From Myxococcales bacterium (GTDB lineage Bacteria > Desulfobacterota > Binatia > UTPRO1 > JBBIJE01), in contig JBBIJE010000008.1 of assembly GCA_037446155.1 (NCBI GenBank), positions 94,049-158,048 on the forward strand: a stretch of DNA of 64,000 nt, in the 5' to 3' direction. The notes below the pieces were generated by a model. That model worked only from the letters and a program-made list of their open reading frames with translations. It had not been told where the DNA came from and made no database searches. Within the stretch, counting starts at the first letter, position 1. Each line of letters opens with the position of its first letter. The translations under genes and the position numbers were made by a program. Shown here in pieces: positions 42,848 to 50,812 of this stretch.

Positions 42848-42884
42848 TGCGGAAAAGCGCGCACCGCGTGAGAATTGCCGCGGT
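42848..42884 (+). promoter_or_regulatory. Dyad element TGCG-N8-CGCA with a degenerate GAGAAT-containing copy about 21 bp downstream (candidate UAS).
   Basis: TGCGGAAAAGCGCGCA (42848-42863), then CGCGTGAGAATTGCCGCG. They lie about 90-125 bp upstream of the sigma-54 promoter at 42973. Confidence 0.4.
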
Positions 42885-42972
42885 CATTGTTGTGGCGGCC
42901 TTCGTGTGTAACTGCGCCTCGTTTAAAGGCCTTCGCTAGGCCCCGCGGGTGTGGTGGCGCTGCAATTGCTGA

Positions 42973-42988
42973 CGGCATGCGGCTTGCA
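42973..42988 (+). promoter_or_regulatory. Sigma-54 (-24/-12) promoter upstream of the haem/PKD/NHL paralog operon.
   Basis: cGGCATGcggcTTGCA has correct spacing. It lies about 55 bp upstream of the TTG start at 43043. Confidence 0.55.
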
Positions 42989-43042
42989 TCGGCCTGTCCG
43001 CGGTCCCAGTGTCTCAAGCCTGGGGCAGGAGGGGCATGCGTC

Positions 43043-45517
43043 TTGTGCCGGAAGCTTGCTAGCGCTGCGATCGTCGGTCTGTTTTTCCTTGGCCTTGCCG
43101 GGGGAAGCGCACTTGCCGACCCGAGCTACTTCGCCATCCGCTGCGCCCTTTGCCACTATGACGACAACCCGACCTGCTCCGGCTGCCATCAGCACGTTCA
43201 GGGCGGCCTCGTGGCGAGGACCGACAAGACTCAGTACTGGCCCGGCGAAACCGTAAGAGTGACGCTTTCGTCGTGGGACTGGCCGGGTTGGGTGCGGGCG
43301 ATCCTTTACGACCAGAGTGGGCGCGAGCTCACGCGCGTAGGCGGGGCCACCGGAACCGGCGACGACGGAAGCGGCAATCCCGCGCTCGAGCTCCCCGTGG
43401 TCTTGGTTGCCCGCGCTCCCCTGACGGCGGGGTCTTACAGGTGGACCGTGGCGTGGTTTGGCAGCGGAGGCTCTCCCGGCAACGAGTTTCCCCATCTGGA
43501 AGAGCCGGTACCGACGAACTCCTTCGACGTCAGCGGCAGTCCCCCCAGTACGACGACCACCACCACGTCCTCCACTACTACGACCGTTCCAAGCACCACG
43601 ACGACCACCACCACCACGACCACCACCACGGCGACCGCGACCACGACCAGCACTACCGCGAGCACTACGACCACGAGCACCTCCTCCACCACCTCCACGA
43701 CGCTTCCGGGCCCCCTCGACGATTTCCTCTGTTACAAGGTGCGGGCTAGGCAGGACGTCAGCGTAAATTTGAGCGATCAGTTCGATTCGGGCCAATATCT
43801 GGGGAGGGTGGCAAAGCTTCTCTGCGCGCCGGCTGACAGCGGCTCGGGTATATCGCACCCGCAAACGCACCTTATGTCTTATCGGATCCAGGGGCCCCAC
43901 CTGCGGCGAACGGGCATCGAGGTGGTGAACCGTTTTGGCACCTATTACTTCGACACCAAGAAGACCTACAGCCTCATGGTGCCTACGGCAAAGAGCCTGA
44001 TTCCCGACCCGCCGCCGGGGCCGCCTGACGCCGGCGCCGTGGACCACTATCGGTGTTTGACTATAAGGACAACGACGGGCACGCCCGAATTTCCAAATGG
44101 GCTTACGATTGCCGTAACCGACCAGTTCGGAACCCACAACTTCGCGATCAAGAAGCCGCGCACCCTCTGCGTGCCCACCGACAAGAATGGAGAGGGAATC
44201 GAGCGGCCACAGGCATACCTTACCTGTTACAAGGGAAAGGCTGACCCGAGGGTGTCCGTTGCAGGGGTCCAAGTCAACAATCAGCTTGGGCAAGCCGTGT
44301 TGAACCTGAGCAAAGAGATAGAGCTTTGCGTGGCCTCTCAGCCGCCACCTGGACCAACCACGACTACGACGACCACGACGAGCAGCACGACCAGCACCAC
44401 GGTCACGCCCACTAGCACCACTACCACCACGACCACCGTGCCGGGCAACGAGCCGCCGACGATCGCCGTTAGCGCCGATCGCACTGAAGGGCCCATAGCC
44501 TTGAGCGTTCGGTTTAGCGCTTCGGCTACCGACCCCGATGGAGAGGTCGTTGCGATCCACTGGGATTTCGATGACGGCACGGTGGGGAGCGGGGCTTCGC
44601 TTTCTCACGTATTTCACGTGGCCGGCGGCTACAGAGTTACCGCCACGGCAACCGACAACCGGGGAGGGCAGGCACGGGCTACGATCCCAATAGCGGCAAG
44701 GCCGCTCGCGGGCGGGTCCGTGGATCAGCCGTATCCGACCCGCCTGGCGCTCGGACCCCAGGGGAAGCTCTACGTAACCGATGCCTCCGCCGGGTCGGTC
44801 TTCGTTTACGATTCTAGTTTGAATCCTGCGGGCGAAATCGCTGGGATCGATCTTCCCTTGGGTGTGGCGGTCGACAGCCAGGGGCGAATTTACGTGGGTA
44901 GCGACGGGGCCGACTCGGTCGAGGTCTACGACGGCGCCGGGGTCAAGCTTTACAGCATCGATGCGGGCGGGATCTCGATGCCGAACGACATTGTCATAGA
45001 TACCGCGGACATTCTCTACGTCGTCGATAGCCGGGCGGATACGGTGCGAGTGTATAACGCCGCAGGCACGTGGCTTAGAGACATCGGGGGCCCGGGCGAC
45101 GGTGCGGGAGAGTTGCGCTTTCCCGCCGCGGTGGCCATCGGCGGCGAGCCGCCGGAGCTTTACGTAGCCGATCAGGGCCACTCGCTCGTTCAGGTTTTCG
45201 ATCCCGGCGGAACGTTCCTGCGCAGTTTCGGCGGGGCGGTGGGGGCGTTTTCACCGCAATGGAAGGGCCTCTTCGTGAGGATGCAGAGCCTTTCGCTGGA
45301 TGGACGCGCAGCCTTGCAAGTGGCTGATACCTACATGGATCGGGTGCAGTTTCTCGATCGCACGACGGGTGAGTTTCGCGGCTACTACGGCGAGTTCGGC
45401 GGTGGCGCCGGGCAGCTCAATCTACCCCTCGACCTGGTGGTTACTGGGGACAACCGAGCCATCGTGGCGGACGCGGAAAACCACCGGATCCAGTGGTTCG
45501 ATCTCGAGGTGCCCTAA
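43043..45517 (+). CDS. Secreted paralog of the giant cytochrome. Same N-terminal dihaem module, Thr-rich linker and four cysteine-containing repeats, followed by a second Thr-rich linker, a PKD domain and a C-terminal NHL beta-propeller.
   Basis: TTG start 10 nt after AGGAGG. Signal peptide ...LASAAIVGLFFLGLAGGSALA. Haem motifs CALCH and CSGCH. The PKD domain shows IHWDFDDGT. Repeated NHL blades LYVTDASAGSVFVYD and LYVVDSRADTVRVYN. It is collinear with 33416..37330 over the first 430 aa or so. Confidence 0.75.
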   Translation: MCRKLASAAIVGLFFLGLAGGSALADPSYFAIRCALCHYDDNPTCSGCHQHVQGGLVARTDKTQYWPGETVRVTLSSWDWPGWVRAILYDQSGRELTRVGGATGTGDDGSGNPALELPVVLVARAPLTAGSYRWTVAWFGSGGSPGNEFPHLEEPVPTNSFDVSGSPPSTTTTTTSSTTTTVPSTTTTTTTTTTTTATATTTSTTASTTTTSTSSTTSTTLPGPLDDFLCYKVRARQDVSVNLSDQFDSGQYLGRVAKLLCAPADSGSGISHPQTHLMSYRIQGPHLRRTGIEVVNRFGTYYFDTKKTYSLMVPTAKSLIPDPPPGPPDAGAVDHYRCLTIRTTTGTPEFPNGLTIAVTDQFGTHNFAIKKPRTLCVPTDKNGEGIERPQAYLTCYKGKADPRVSVAGVQVNNQLGQAVLNLSKEIELCVASQPPPGPTTTTTTTTSSTTSTTVTPTSTTTTTTTVPGNEPPTIAVSADRTEGPIALSVRFSASATDPDGEVVAIHWDFDDGTVGSGASLSHVFHVAGGYRVTATATDNRGGQARATIPIAARPLAGGSVDQPYPTRLALGPQGKLYVTDASAGSVFVYDSSLNPAGEIAGIDLPLGVAVDSQGRIYVGSDGADSVEVYDGAGVKLYSIDAGGISMPNDIVIDTADILYVVDSRADTVRVYNAAGTWLRDIGGPGDGAGELRFPAAVAIGGEPPELYVADQGHSLVQVFDPGGTFLRSFGGAVGAFSPQWKGLFVRMQSLSLDGRAALQVADTYMDRVQFLDRTTGEFRGYYGEFGGGAGQLNLPLDLVVTGDNRAIVADAENHRIQWFDLEVP
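43549..43705 (+). repeat. Low-complexity ACC/ACG codon repeat encoding a Thr/Ser-rich linker; a second copy lies at 44355-44441.
   Basis: Encodes TTTTTSSTTTTVPSTTTTTTTTTTTTATATTTSTTASTTTTSTSSTTSTT. The complementary strand gives artefactual poly-Val ORFs (43435..43698 and 44338..44580). Confidence 0.5.
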
Positions 45518-45529
45518 AGGCTTTGAAAG

Positions 45530-47380
45530 ATGAAAAGCAGCGTGATCAAGGGAACGGGCCTGCTCTTTGCCGTGGCGGTCCTGTGCCTGCCTTCGAGATC
45601 GCAGGCGCTCGATCCCCCTCACAATGCGAGCAACCACATCGACTGTAACTCTTGTCACGCCGTGGTCCCCGCCTTCATCCCGCTTCGCCAAAGGCAGGAG
45701 AGCGCCTGCAAGACCTGTCACAACCCGACCGGTCAGGCATCCACCCGTTCGACTGCGCTTCGGAACCACGTGGTAAACGGGGGGAGCAAGATCGTGGATT
45801 GCGGATCCTGTCATGATCCGCACGGTCCCTCGATCACGACGGATCCCCATACCGGGCGGAGAGCGACCAACCTTTGGTTGATCCGCTGGGATACGGCTAA
45901 GTACGTTGCGGGGGCCCTGGAGCCCGCGATCTTTCACGAGCGGCCGGCGCATTTCGCGTTCGGCGACGCCAATCCGCCTTGGAACGGCGCATGCCAGACC
46001 TGCCACGCGCAGACGAGCCATCATCGTAACGACGCCACATCCGACCACAGCCACCAGTTGGGAGATGACTGCACGCAATGCCATCTTCACGGAAGCGGCT
46101 TTTTGCCCGCCGGGGGTGGCGGGGACTGCACGGGCTGCCACAGCGGGCCGCAGGACAACGGGGACGGAGTTCCGCCGGGCGGTCGGCGCGCTGTGGTTTC
46201 CGAGTTTCCGACCGGAGACGAGGGCCTACACGCCCATTACGGGGCGGAGCTTGGAAGCGACGACTGCGTCATCTGCCACAGCCAGGATACGCACATGGAC
46301 GGATACGTGGACCTGATCGATCCCGACGACGGCAGCATGTACCGCTTCAAGCTCAGGGGAGATCTCTTATCCGATCCTGATCTCTCCGATTTCTGCGCTC
46401 ACTGCCACGACGCCGATGGCGCCGCGCGGCTGGCCACTCCGCTGGATCCCTTCGGGAACGGAAACGCACCGCCCGATGTCGCCACGCGCTTCCAGGGAAC
46501 CCTCAGGTGGGACGAGTGGTACGGTGACTTCTGCTTCGGCGAGGAAGGTACGCTGCGCCAGGTCAACAGTCACCATGACATCAGCGACTCCGATCAGGCC
46601 TGGAGCGGAGCGAAGATCGAATGCCTAAGCTGCCACGGGGCGCACAACCCTTCGGCCGCTCGCCCCGTCGTCGATCCCTTCGACACCGCGACTCCGTGGA
46701 CCGGAAAGGACAACGGATTTTGCTTGAGCTGCCACGCCGGCGGAAACGGACCCGCCGATCCGGACTTCCCCGCCGGTGTCGTCGGCCCGGCAGTTCCTCT
46801 GCGCGGCCTCGATACTTGCTACTACACGGGCGGGCCCTGGTGGGTCGATTATACCTGGACACACGCGGCGCACGGTCTCGACTCCAAGCGCGCTTGGTCG
46901 GGTTACTCGGGCGCGCCGGGATACGAACTGCCCTGTCTCGGGTGTCACGACCCGCACGGGTCCTATACGCCCGCCAACCCGGCCGGGAATCCTTATATGA
47001 TCCGGGACTTCGTCGATGGGACGCAATTCGTGGACGACGGGACGCGCACCGGAGGCTTCACCGGTCCCCCCTGGAACACGTTCGGTACCTCGGGCCCGGT
47101 GGTCGTGACGATAAGCGGCACCGACGTGGATTGGGGAAGCTCGCAGAGTCTGTGTGGCCGCTGCCATGCAAGTTGGCTTGCGGCCTACGACTGGCACGCG
47201 TACTGTACGGGTTGTCAAACTTGCCACGGTCACGGCCAGGCGTGGGGCAACGCCGACTGGGTCGGTTTTGACGACGACACCCCGTGCCCGGTAGGGGGGA
47301 GCGGCATTGCTGGGGGCACCGGATCGGGCCGGCTGCTCTTCGACCGCAAGAACCCGCCAATTCATTTCGGGGCGCAGTAA
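45530..47380 (+). CDS. Secreted multihaem c-type cytochrome with 13 CxxCH motifs.
   Basis: Signal peptide LLFAVAVLCLPSRSQA. Haem motifs CNSCH, CKTCH, CGSCH, CQTCH, CTQCH, CTGCH, CVICH, CAHCH, CLSCH, CLSCH, CLGCH, CGRCH and CQTCH. It starts 12 bp after the upstream stop, so it is in the same operon. Confidence 0.8.
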   Translation: MKSSVIKGTGLLFAVAVLCLPSRSQALDPPHNASNHIDCNSCHAVVPAFIPLRQRQESACKTCHNPTGQASTRSTALRNHVVNGGSKIVDCGSCHDPHGPSITTDPHTGRRATNLWLIRWDTAKYVAGALEPAIFHERPAHFAFGDANPPWNGACQTCHAQTSHHRNDATSDHSHQLGDDCTQCHLHGSGFLPAGGGGDCTGCHSGPQDNGDGVPPGGRRAVVSEFPTGDEGLHAHYGAELGSDDCVICHSQDTHMDGYVDLIDPDDGSMYRFKLRGDLLSDPDLSDFCAHCHDADGAARLATPLDPFGNGNAPPDVATRFQGTLRWDEWYGDFCFGEEGTLRQVNSHHDISDSDQAWSGAKIECLSCHGAHNPSAARPVVDPFDTATPWTGKDNGFCLSCHAGGNGPADPDFPAGVVGPAVPLRGLDTCYYTGGPWWVDYTWTHAAHGLDSKRAWSGYSGAPGYELPCLGCHDPHGSYTPANPAGNPYMIRDFVDGTQFVDDGTRTGGFTGPPWNTFGTSGPVVVTISGTDVDWGSSQSLCGRCHASWLAAYDWHAYCTGCQTCHGHGQAWGNADWVGFDDDTPCPVGGSGIAGGTGSGRLLFDRKNPPIHFGAQ

Positions 47381-47398
47381 ACGAGCTGCGCCCCGTTT
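47369..47398 (+). terminator. Rho-independent-like terminator overlapping the stop codon of the 13-haem cytochrome gene.
   Basis: ggggcgcag-taaacgag-ctgcgcccc forms a 9-bp stem, followed by GTTT. Confidence 0.5.
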
Positions 47399-47567
47399 GT
47401 GACCCTAAACCTCCCCATGGGACGATAGCGGCTGGCTGCGGGCTCGAGTTGCCGCCGCCCCGCCCCGCGCAACCAGTTCTATTTCAGCGTGTTTTATGGG
47501 GCGAGGAGCGAGTCGATCGCTGGGATTTGCGGCGGCGCCTGAGACCTGGCCGCCGGAGGTAGGAGCC

Positions 47568-47921
47568 ATGGCAGGAAGAATCGTAAGGATAGTCGCTCTT
47601 GTAGGATTAGCGGCCGTTTTGGCAGCGCCCGGCCAGGCCTGGGCCGGCCGCTGGCACGGACACCGCTTCGGCCACCACCACGGGCACCACGACGGCTCTT
47701 TGGCGCTCGGTGTCGCCGGTGCAATAGTCGGCACTGCGCTTTTGGCCGACGTGCTCGTCGGCCGTCCCCAAGTGATCGTGACCACGCCCCCCCCGTATTA
47801 TGGAGGCTATTACCCTTACGCCCCTTGCCCCCCTCCCTACGGATCTTATTGGCACGGTTATCGCGACGGCTTCTACGAGGGGCGCCACTATCGCAGGCGG
47901 TACCGCTACTGGGGTTACTGA
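47568..47921 (+). CDS. Small secreted protein of 117 aa, rich in His, Gly, Pro and Tyr (hypothetical).
   Basis: RBS GGAGGTAGGAGCC-ATG. Signal peptide IVALVGLAAVLAAPGQAWA. His cluster GRWHGHRFGHHHGHHDG. The C-terminal PPPYYGGYYPYAPCPPPYGSYWHGYRDGFYEGRHYRRRYRYWGY is Tyr-rich. Confidence 0.45.
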   Translation: MAGRIVRIVALVGLAAVLAAPGQAWAGRWHGHRFGHHHGHHDGSLALGVAGAIVGTALLADVLVGRPQVIVTTPPPYYGGYYPYAPCPPPYGSYWHGYRDGFYEGRHYRRRYRYWGY

Positions 47922-48134
47922 GGACAAGTGCGTAGAGGCGCCAGGCGCCGCGAAAGCTGCGGTCCCGAGGTTTAGCTGGTTCTCGCTACCGGCGTGAGAT
48001 CCGAAGCGGCCGGCAGGCAAGCGCAGGGGCACCTCCGCGAGCAGGGTTGACAAGTCGGCGGCGGCCCGGCCGCCGCTCGCCCTCTTGCCGTGTGCCGATC
48101 CGCGCGATACAAGAGACCTGCGACACCGAGGATC

Positions 48135-49316
48135 GGGATGCTGGCTGGGCGGATCAGAGGGGCGGTGGCTTGGGCAGGGCGCGGCGGCCTTTGCGTGCTC
48201 CTCTCTCTTGTCCCCATGGTCTCCTCTTCGGCCGCGCCAGAAGAGGCCAAGCCGTATCGCGCCGCCCTTCTCGTGGAGCCAGAGACGGGCCGCGTGCTCT
48301 TCGAGGATCAGGCGCACACCCCTTACCCTCCGGCCTCCATGGTGAAAATGATGACGGTCCTCGTGGTCTTGGACATGGTAAAGCGGGGTGCCCTGAGCTT
48401 GGAGGAGACCGTGGTGGCGTCGGCCCACGCCGCCCGCATGGGGGGCTCCCAAGTCTATCTCAAGCAGGGCGAGAAATTCACTGTGCGAGAACTCCTCGAA
48501 GCTGTCATGATCCACTCTGCCAACGACGCCTCCGTCGCCCTTGCCGAACACGTGGCTGGAACCGCCGAAGAATTCGTCGATATGATGAACGAAAAGGCGC
48601 AGGAGCTTGGCCTCAAGGAGACAGTTTACCATTCCGTTCACGGGCTGCCTCCAGAGCCGGGTCAGGAAGACGATCTCATGAGTGCGTACGACCTTGCGCT
48701 CCTCGCGCGCGCGCTGCTCAAGTACCCCGAAGCTGCCGAGTGGGGTGCCATGAAGACCAAGCCCTTTCGCGGCGGCGCTTTTACGCTTTACAACCCGAAT
48801 CGCTTGCTCGGGCGCTTCCCGGGCGTAGATGGAGTCAAGACCGGCTACCATCGCGGCGCCGGCTTTTGCGTTACGGCTACGGCCAAGCGAGGCGACTTGC
48901 GGCTTATTACCGTGATCATGGGCTCGCAGCGCCGGGAGGATTGCTTCGGGAGCGCCGCTAAGCTCCTGCGCACCGGGTTCTCGAAATATCGCATCTTTAC
49001 GGTGGCCAAGAGAGGCGAGCTCTTGGGAGCGAAGCTCGCGGTCAAAGACGGAGTCGCCCGGCAGGTCGATGCCATAGCGATGGAGGATCTCAAGGCGCTG
49101 GTCGAGAGAGGAAGCGAGAAGCGAGTGCAGGTTGCGCTCAAGACTCCTCCGGGCGGAGTGCCTGCGCCGCTAGAGCCAGGTGTGGCCGTGGCATCCGCCG
49201 CCCTGGTGTTGGATGGAGCCGAGCTTGCCGAGGTTCCGATCGCCCCGGCAAGCAGCGTCGCACGCGCCAGCATCTTCTTGCGCCTCCTTCGCAAGCTCGA
49301 GCCGCAGGCGAAGTAG
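48135..49316 (+). CDS. D-alanyl-D-alanine carboxypeptidase (serine-type, PBP5/DacC-like, peptidase S11).
   Basis: Active-site motifs ASMVK (SxxK), SAND (SxN) and KTG, plus a signal peptide. Start placed at Met16 of the ORF-track ORF. Confidence 0.75.
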   Translation, partial: GMLAGRIRGAVAWAGRGGLCVLLSLVPMVSSSAAPEEAKPYRAALLVEPETGRVLFEDQAHTPYPPASMVKMMTVLVVLDMVKRGALSLEETVVASAHAARMGGSQVYLKQGEKFTVRELLEAVMIHSANDASVALAEHVAGTAEEFVDMMNEKAQELGLKETVYHSVHGLPPEPGQEDDLMSAYDLALLARALLKYPEAAEWGAMKTKPFRGGAFTLYNPNRLLGRFPGVDGVKTGYHRGAGFCVTATAKRGDLRLITVIMGSQRREDCFGSAAKLLRTGFSKYRIFTVAKRGELLGAKLAVKDGVARQVDAIAMEDLKALVERGSEKRVQVALKTPPGGVPAPLEPGVAVASAALVLDGAELAEVPIAPASSVARASIFLRLLRKLEPQAK

Positions 49317-49334
49317 AAGAGCGGGGCCGGCGCG

Positions 49335-49946
49335 TCAAGCCGTGGATCCGGGCCGGCGCCCCCGCGGCTGCGCCGAGATTTCCTCTTCCCATGGAGGCCT
49401 CTTCCATGCGAGAAGGTGGAGGCGCAACAGGGCTGCGGAGGAGTTGATCAGCGTATCCACCACCCCAAGGACGTAGGTCAGGGAAACGAGGAGAGGTGGC
49501 GCCGACGGTGCCGCGGCAGCCACTCCGGCACAGGCTACCAGCCAGTTCCCTATACCTCCAAGGTGTCCGAGGCGATTGGCGATCTGCCGCTTGTCCGTCG
49601 CTTTCTGCGGCAGGACGAAAAGGGTCGCCGCGTAGAGCGAAAAGGCGAAAGTGACGGCGAGCGGCAAAAGGAGGGGGAGGATCCCCGCGTACGCGAGGAT
49701 GGCTATCGTGGGCAGAAGAAGCGCTATGTCGGCGAGCGCGTCGAGGCGCTGGCCGCGGATTCCAACCCTTCCGATCCGGCGGGCGAGGATACCGTCGGCC
49801 AAGTCGCTTGCCGCTCCAAGTAAGAGCGCTCCCAGCGGCACCTGCCAGGGACATGAGCCCCGAAGCGAGAAGAGGAGGGAGGCGGCCGCGACGGGGGAGA
49901 GAAGCAGGCGAGCGCCGCTAAGGAGGTCGGGAAAGCCCAGCAACAT
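49335..49946 (-). CDS. CDP-alcohol phosphatidyltransferase (PgsA-like).
   Basis: Signature AASDLADGILARR...G...LDALADIAL in a multi-TM protein of 203 aa. Confidence 0.6.
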   Translation of the reverse strand: MLLGFPDLLSGARLLLSPVAAASLLFSLRGSCPWQVPLGALLLGAASDLADGILARRIGRVGIRGQRLDALADIALLLPTIAILAYAGILPLLLPLAVTFAFSLYAATLFVLPQKATDKRQIANRLGHLGGIGNWLVACAGVAAAAPSAPPLLVSLTYVLGVVDTLINSSAALLRLHLLAWKRPPWEEEISAQPRGRRPGSTA

Positions 49947-49955
49947 CTGGCCGAG

Positions 49956-50720
49956 CTATCTCTTGGCCCCCTCGAGGACTTCCACGCGCTGCTTCCTCTG
50001 CTTTTGCCTCCGCAGCAGAATGTACAGGGCACCAGCTCCACCATCGACCGGCCGGGCGGTCGTGAACGCTAGAACCGATCGCGCGTGCGCCCCCGAGGAG
50101 AGCCAGCATTTGAGCTTCTCTTTCAGGATCGGCTTCTGGCCGAGCGAGTTGCGCCCCCGCCCGTGAACGATGAGGACGCACCGAAGTCCAGCCCTGAGGG
50201 ATTTTCCGAGGAATCCATCCACACTCGCCTTTGCTTCCTCTACTGTCATGCCATGTAGGTCCAAATAGTCCTGCCAAGAGAACTCCCCTCGCCTCAGCCG
50301 GCGCACCAATCGGGGGTCGAGTCCGACCACGGCGCCTTCCACGTACTCCTCCGAGTCGCTTATATCGAAGCTGAAGCTCGTGGCCATGAGGTCGGCGAAG
50401 GCCGCTGCCCTCTCGGCTGAAACCACCGGCCGCCGCGGCCCCCCGGGGGCGACTTCTACCCGCCGTGGCCCGTCGGGTAGCCTGGTCACGTCGGCAACGG
50501 CCGCGAAGAAAGCCGCCGCCGGATCGTCGGGGGCGGTCTCTTCCCGCACCGTCCGAGCCTCTGCGGCAGGCCTCGGTCTGGGGGCTCGGGTCGGCGCCAC
50601 GAGTTTAGCAAGCTCTTTGAAAGGCGAGTTCAGAGCCTTGGGCGGCTTGTTCGGGGGCCAATCTCGTCGGCTCGGAATTTTTCCCCGGCGGCGTTTCATA
50701 TCGGGGGGCTCCTCATGCAA
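49956..50720 (-). CDS. Smr-domain protein.
   Basis: C-terminal Smr domain with LDLHGMTVEEA...VLIVHGRG. Confidence 0.55.
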   Translation of the reverse strand: MHEEPPDMKRRRGKIPSRRDWPPNKPPKALNSPFKELAKLVAPTRAPRPRPAAEARTVREETAPDDPAAAFFAAVADVTRLPDGPRRVEVAPGGPRRPVVSAERAAAFADLMATSFSFDISDSEEYVEGAVVGLDPRLVRRLRRGEFSWQDYLDLHGMTVEEAKASVDGFLGKSLRAGLRCVLIVHGRGRNSLGQKPILKEKLKCWLSSGAHARSVLAFTTARPVDGGAGALYILLRRQKQRKQRVEVLEGAKR

Positions 50721-50812
50721 GAATAGATGAGCGAGCTCGGGCGAGCAAGGAGCCGGATTCGGTCGGTGTGCCCGGGCGCTGCCAGCCGAACTTCATCGGT
50801 GAGGTAGGGGTT

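Noticed and set aside
42923-45181. 752-aa minus-strand ORF antisense to the haem/PKD/NHL gene; also the poly-Val ORFs 43435..43698, 44338..44580 and 33817..34026.
   Set aside because: It is the reverse complement of ACC/ACG Thr-codon arrays and GC-rich coding sequence. It is Arg/Gly-rich nonsense.
46625-47365. 246-aa minus-strand ORF inside the 13-haem cytochrome gene.
   Set aside because: It is antisense to a gene with 13 CxxCH motifs and has no support.
48047-48961. 304-aa plus-strand ORF overlapping the dacC-like gene in another frame.
   Set aside because: The PBP5-type gene (SxxK, SxN, KTG) in the 48090/48135 frame explains the region. This ORF is Arg/Gly-rich with no motif.
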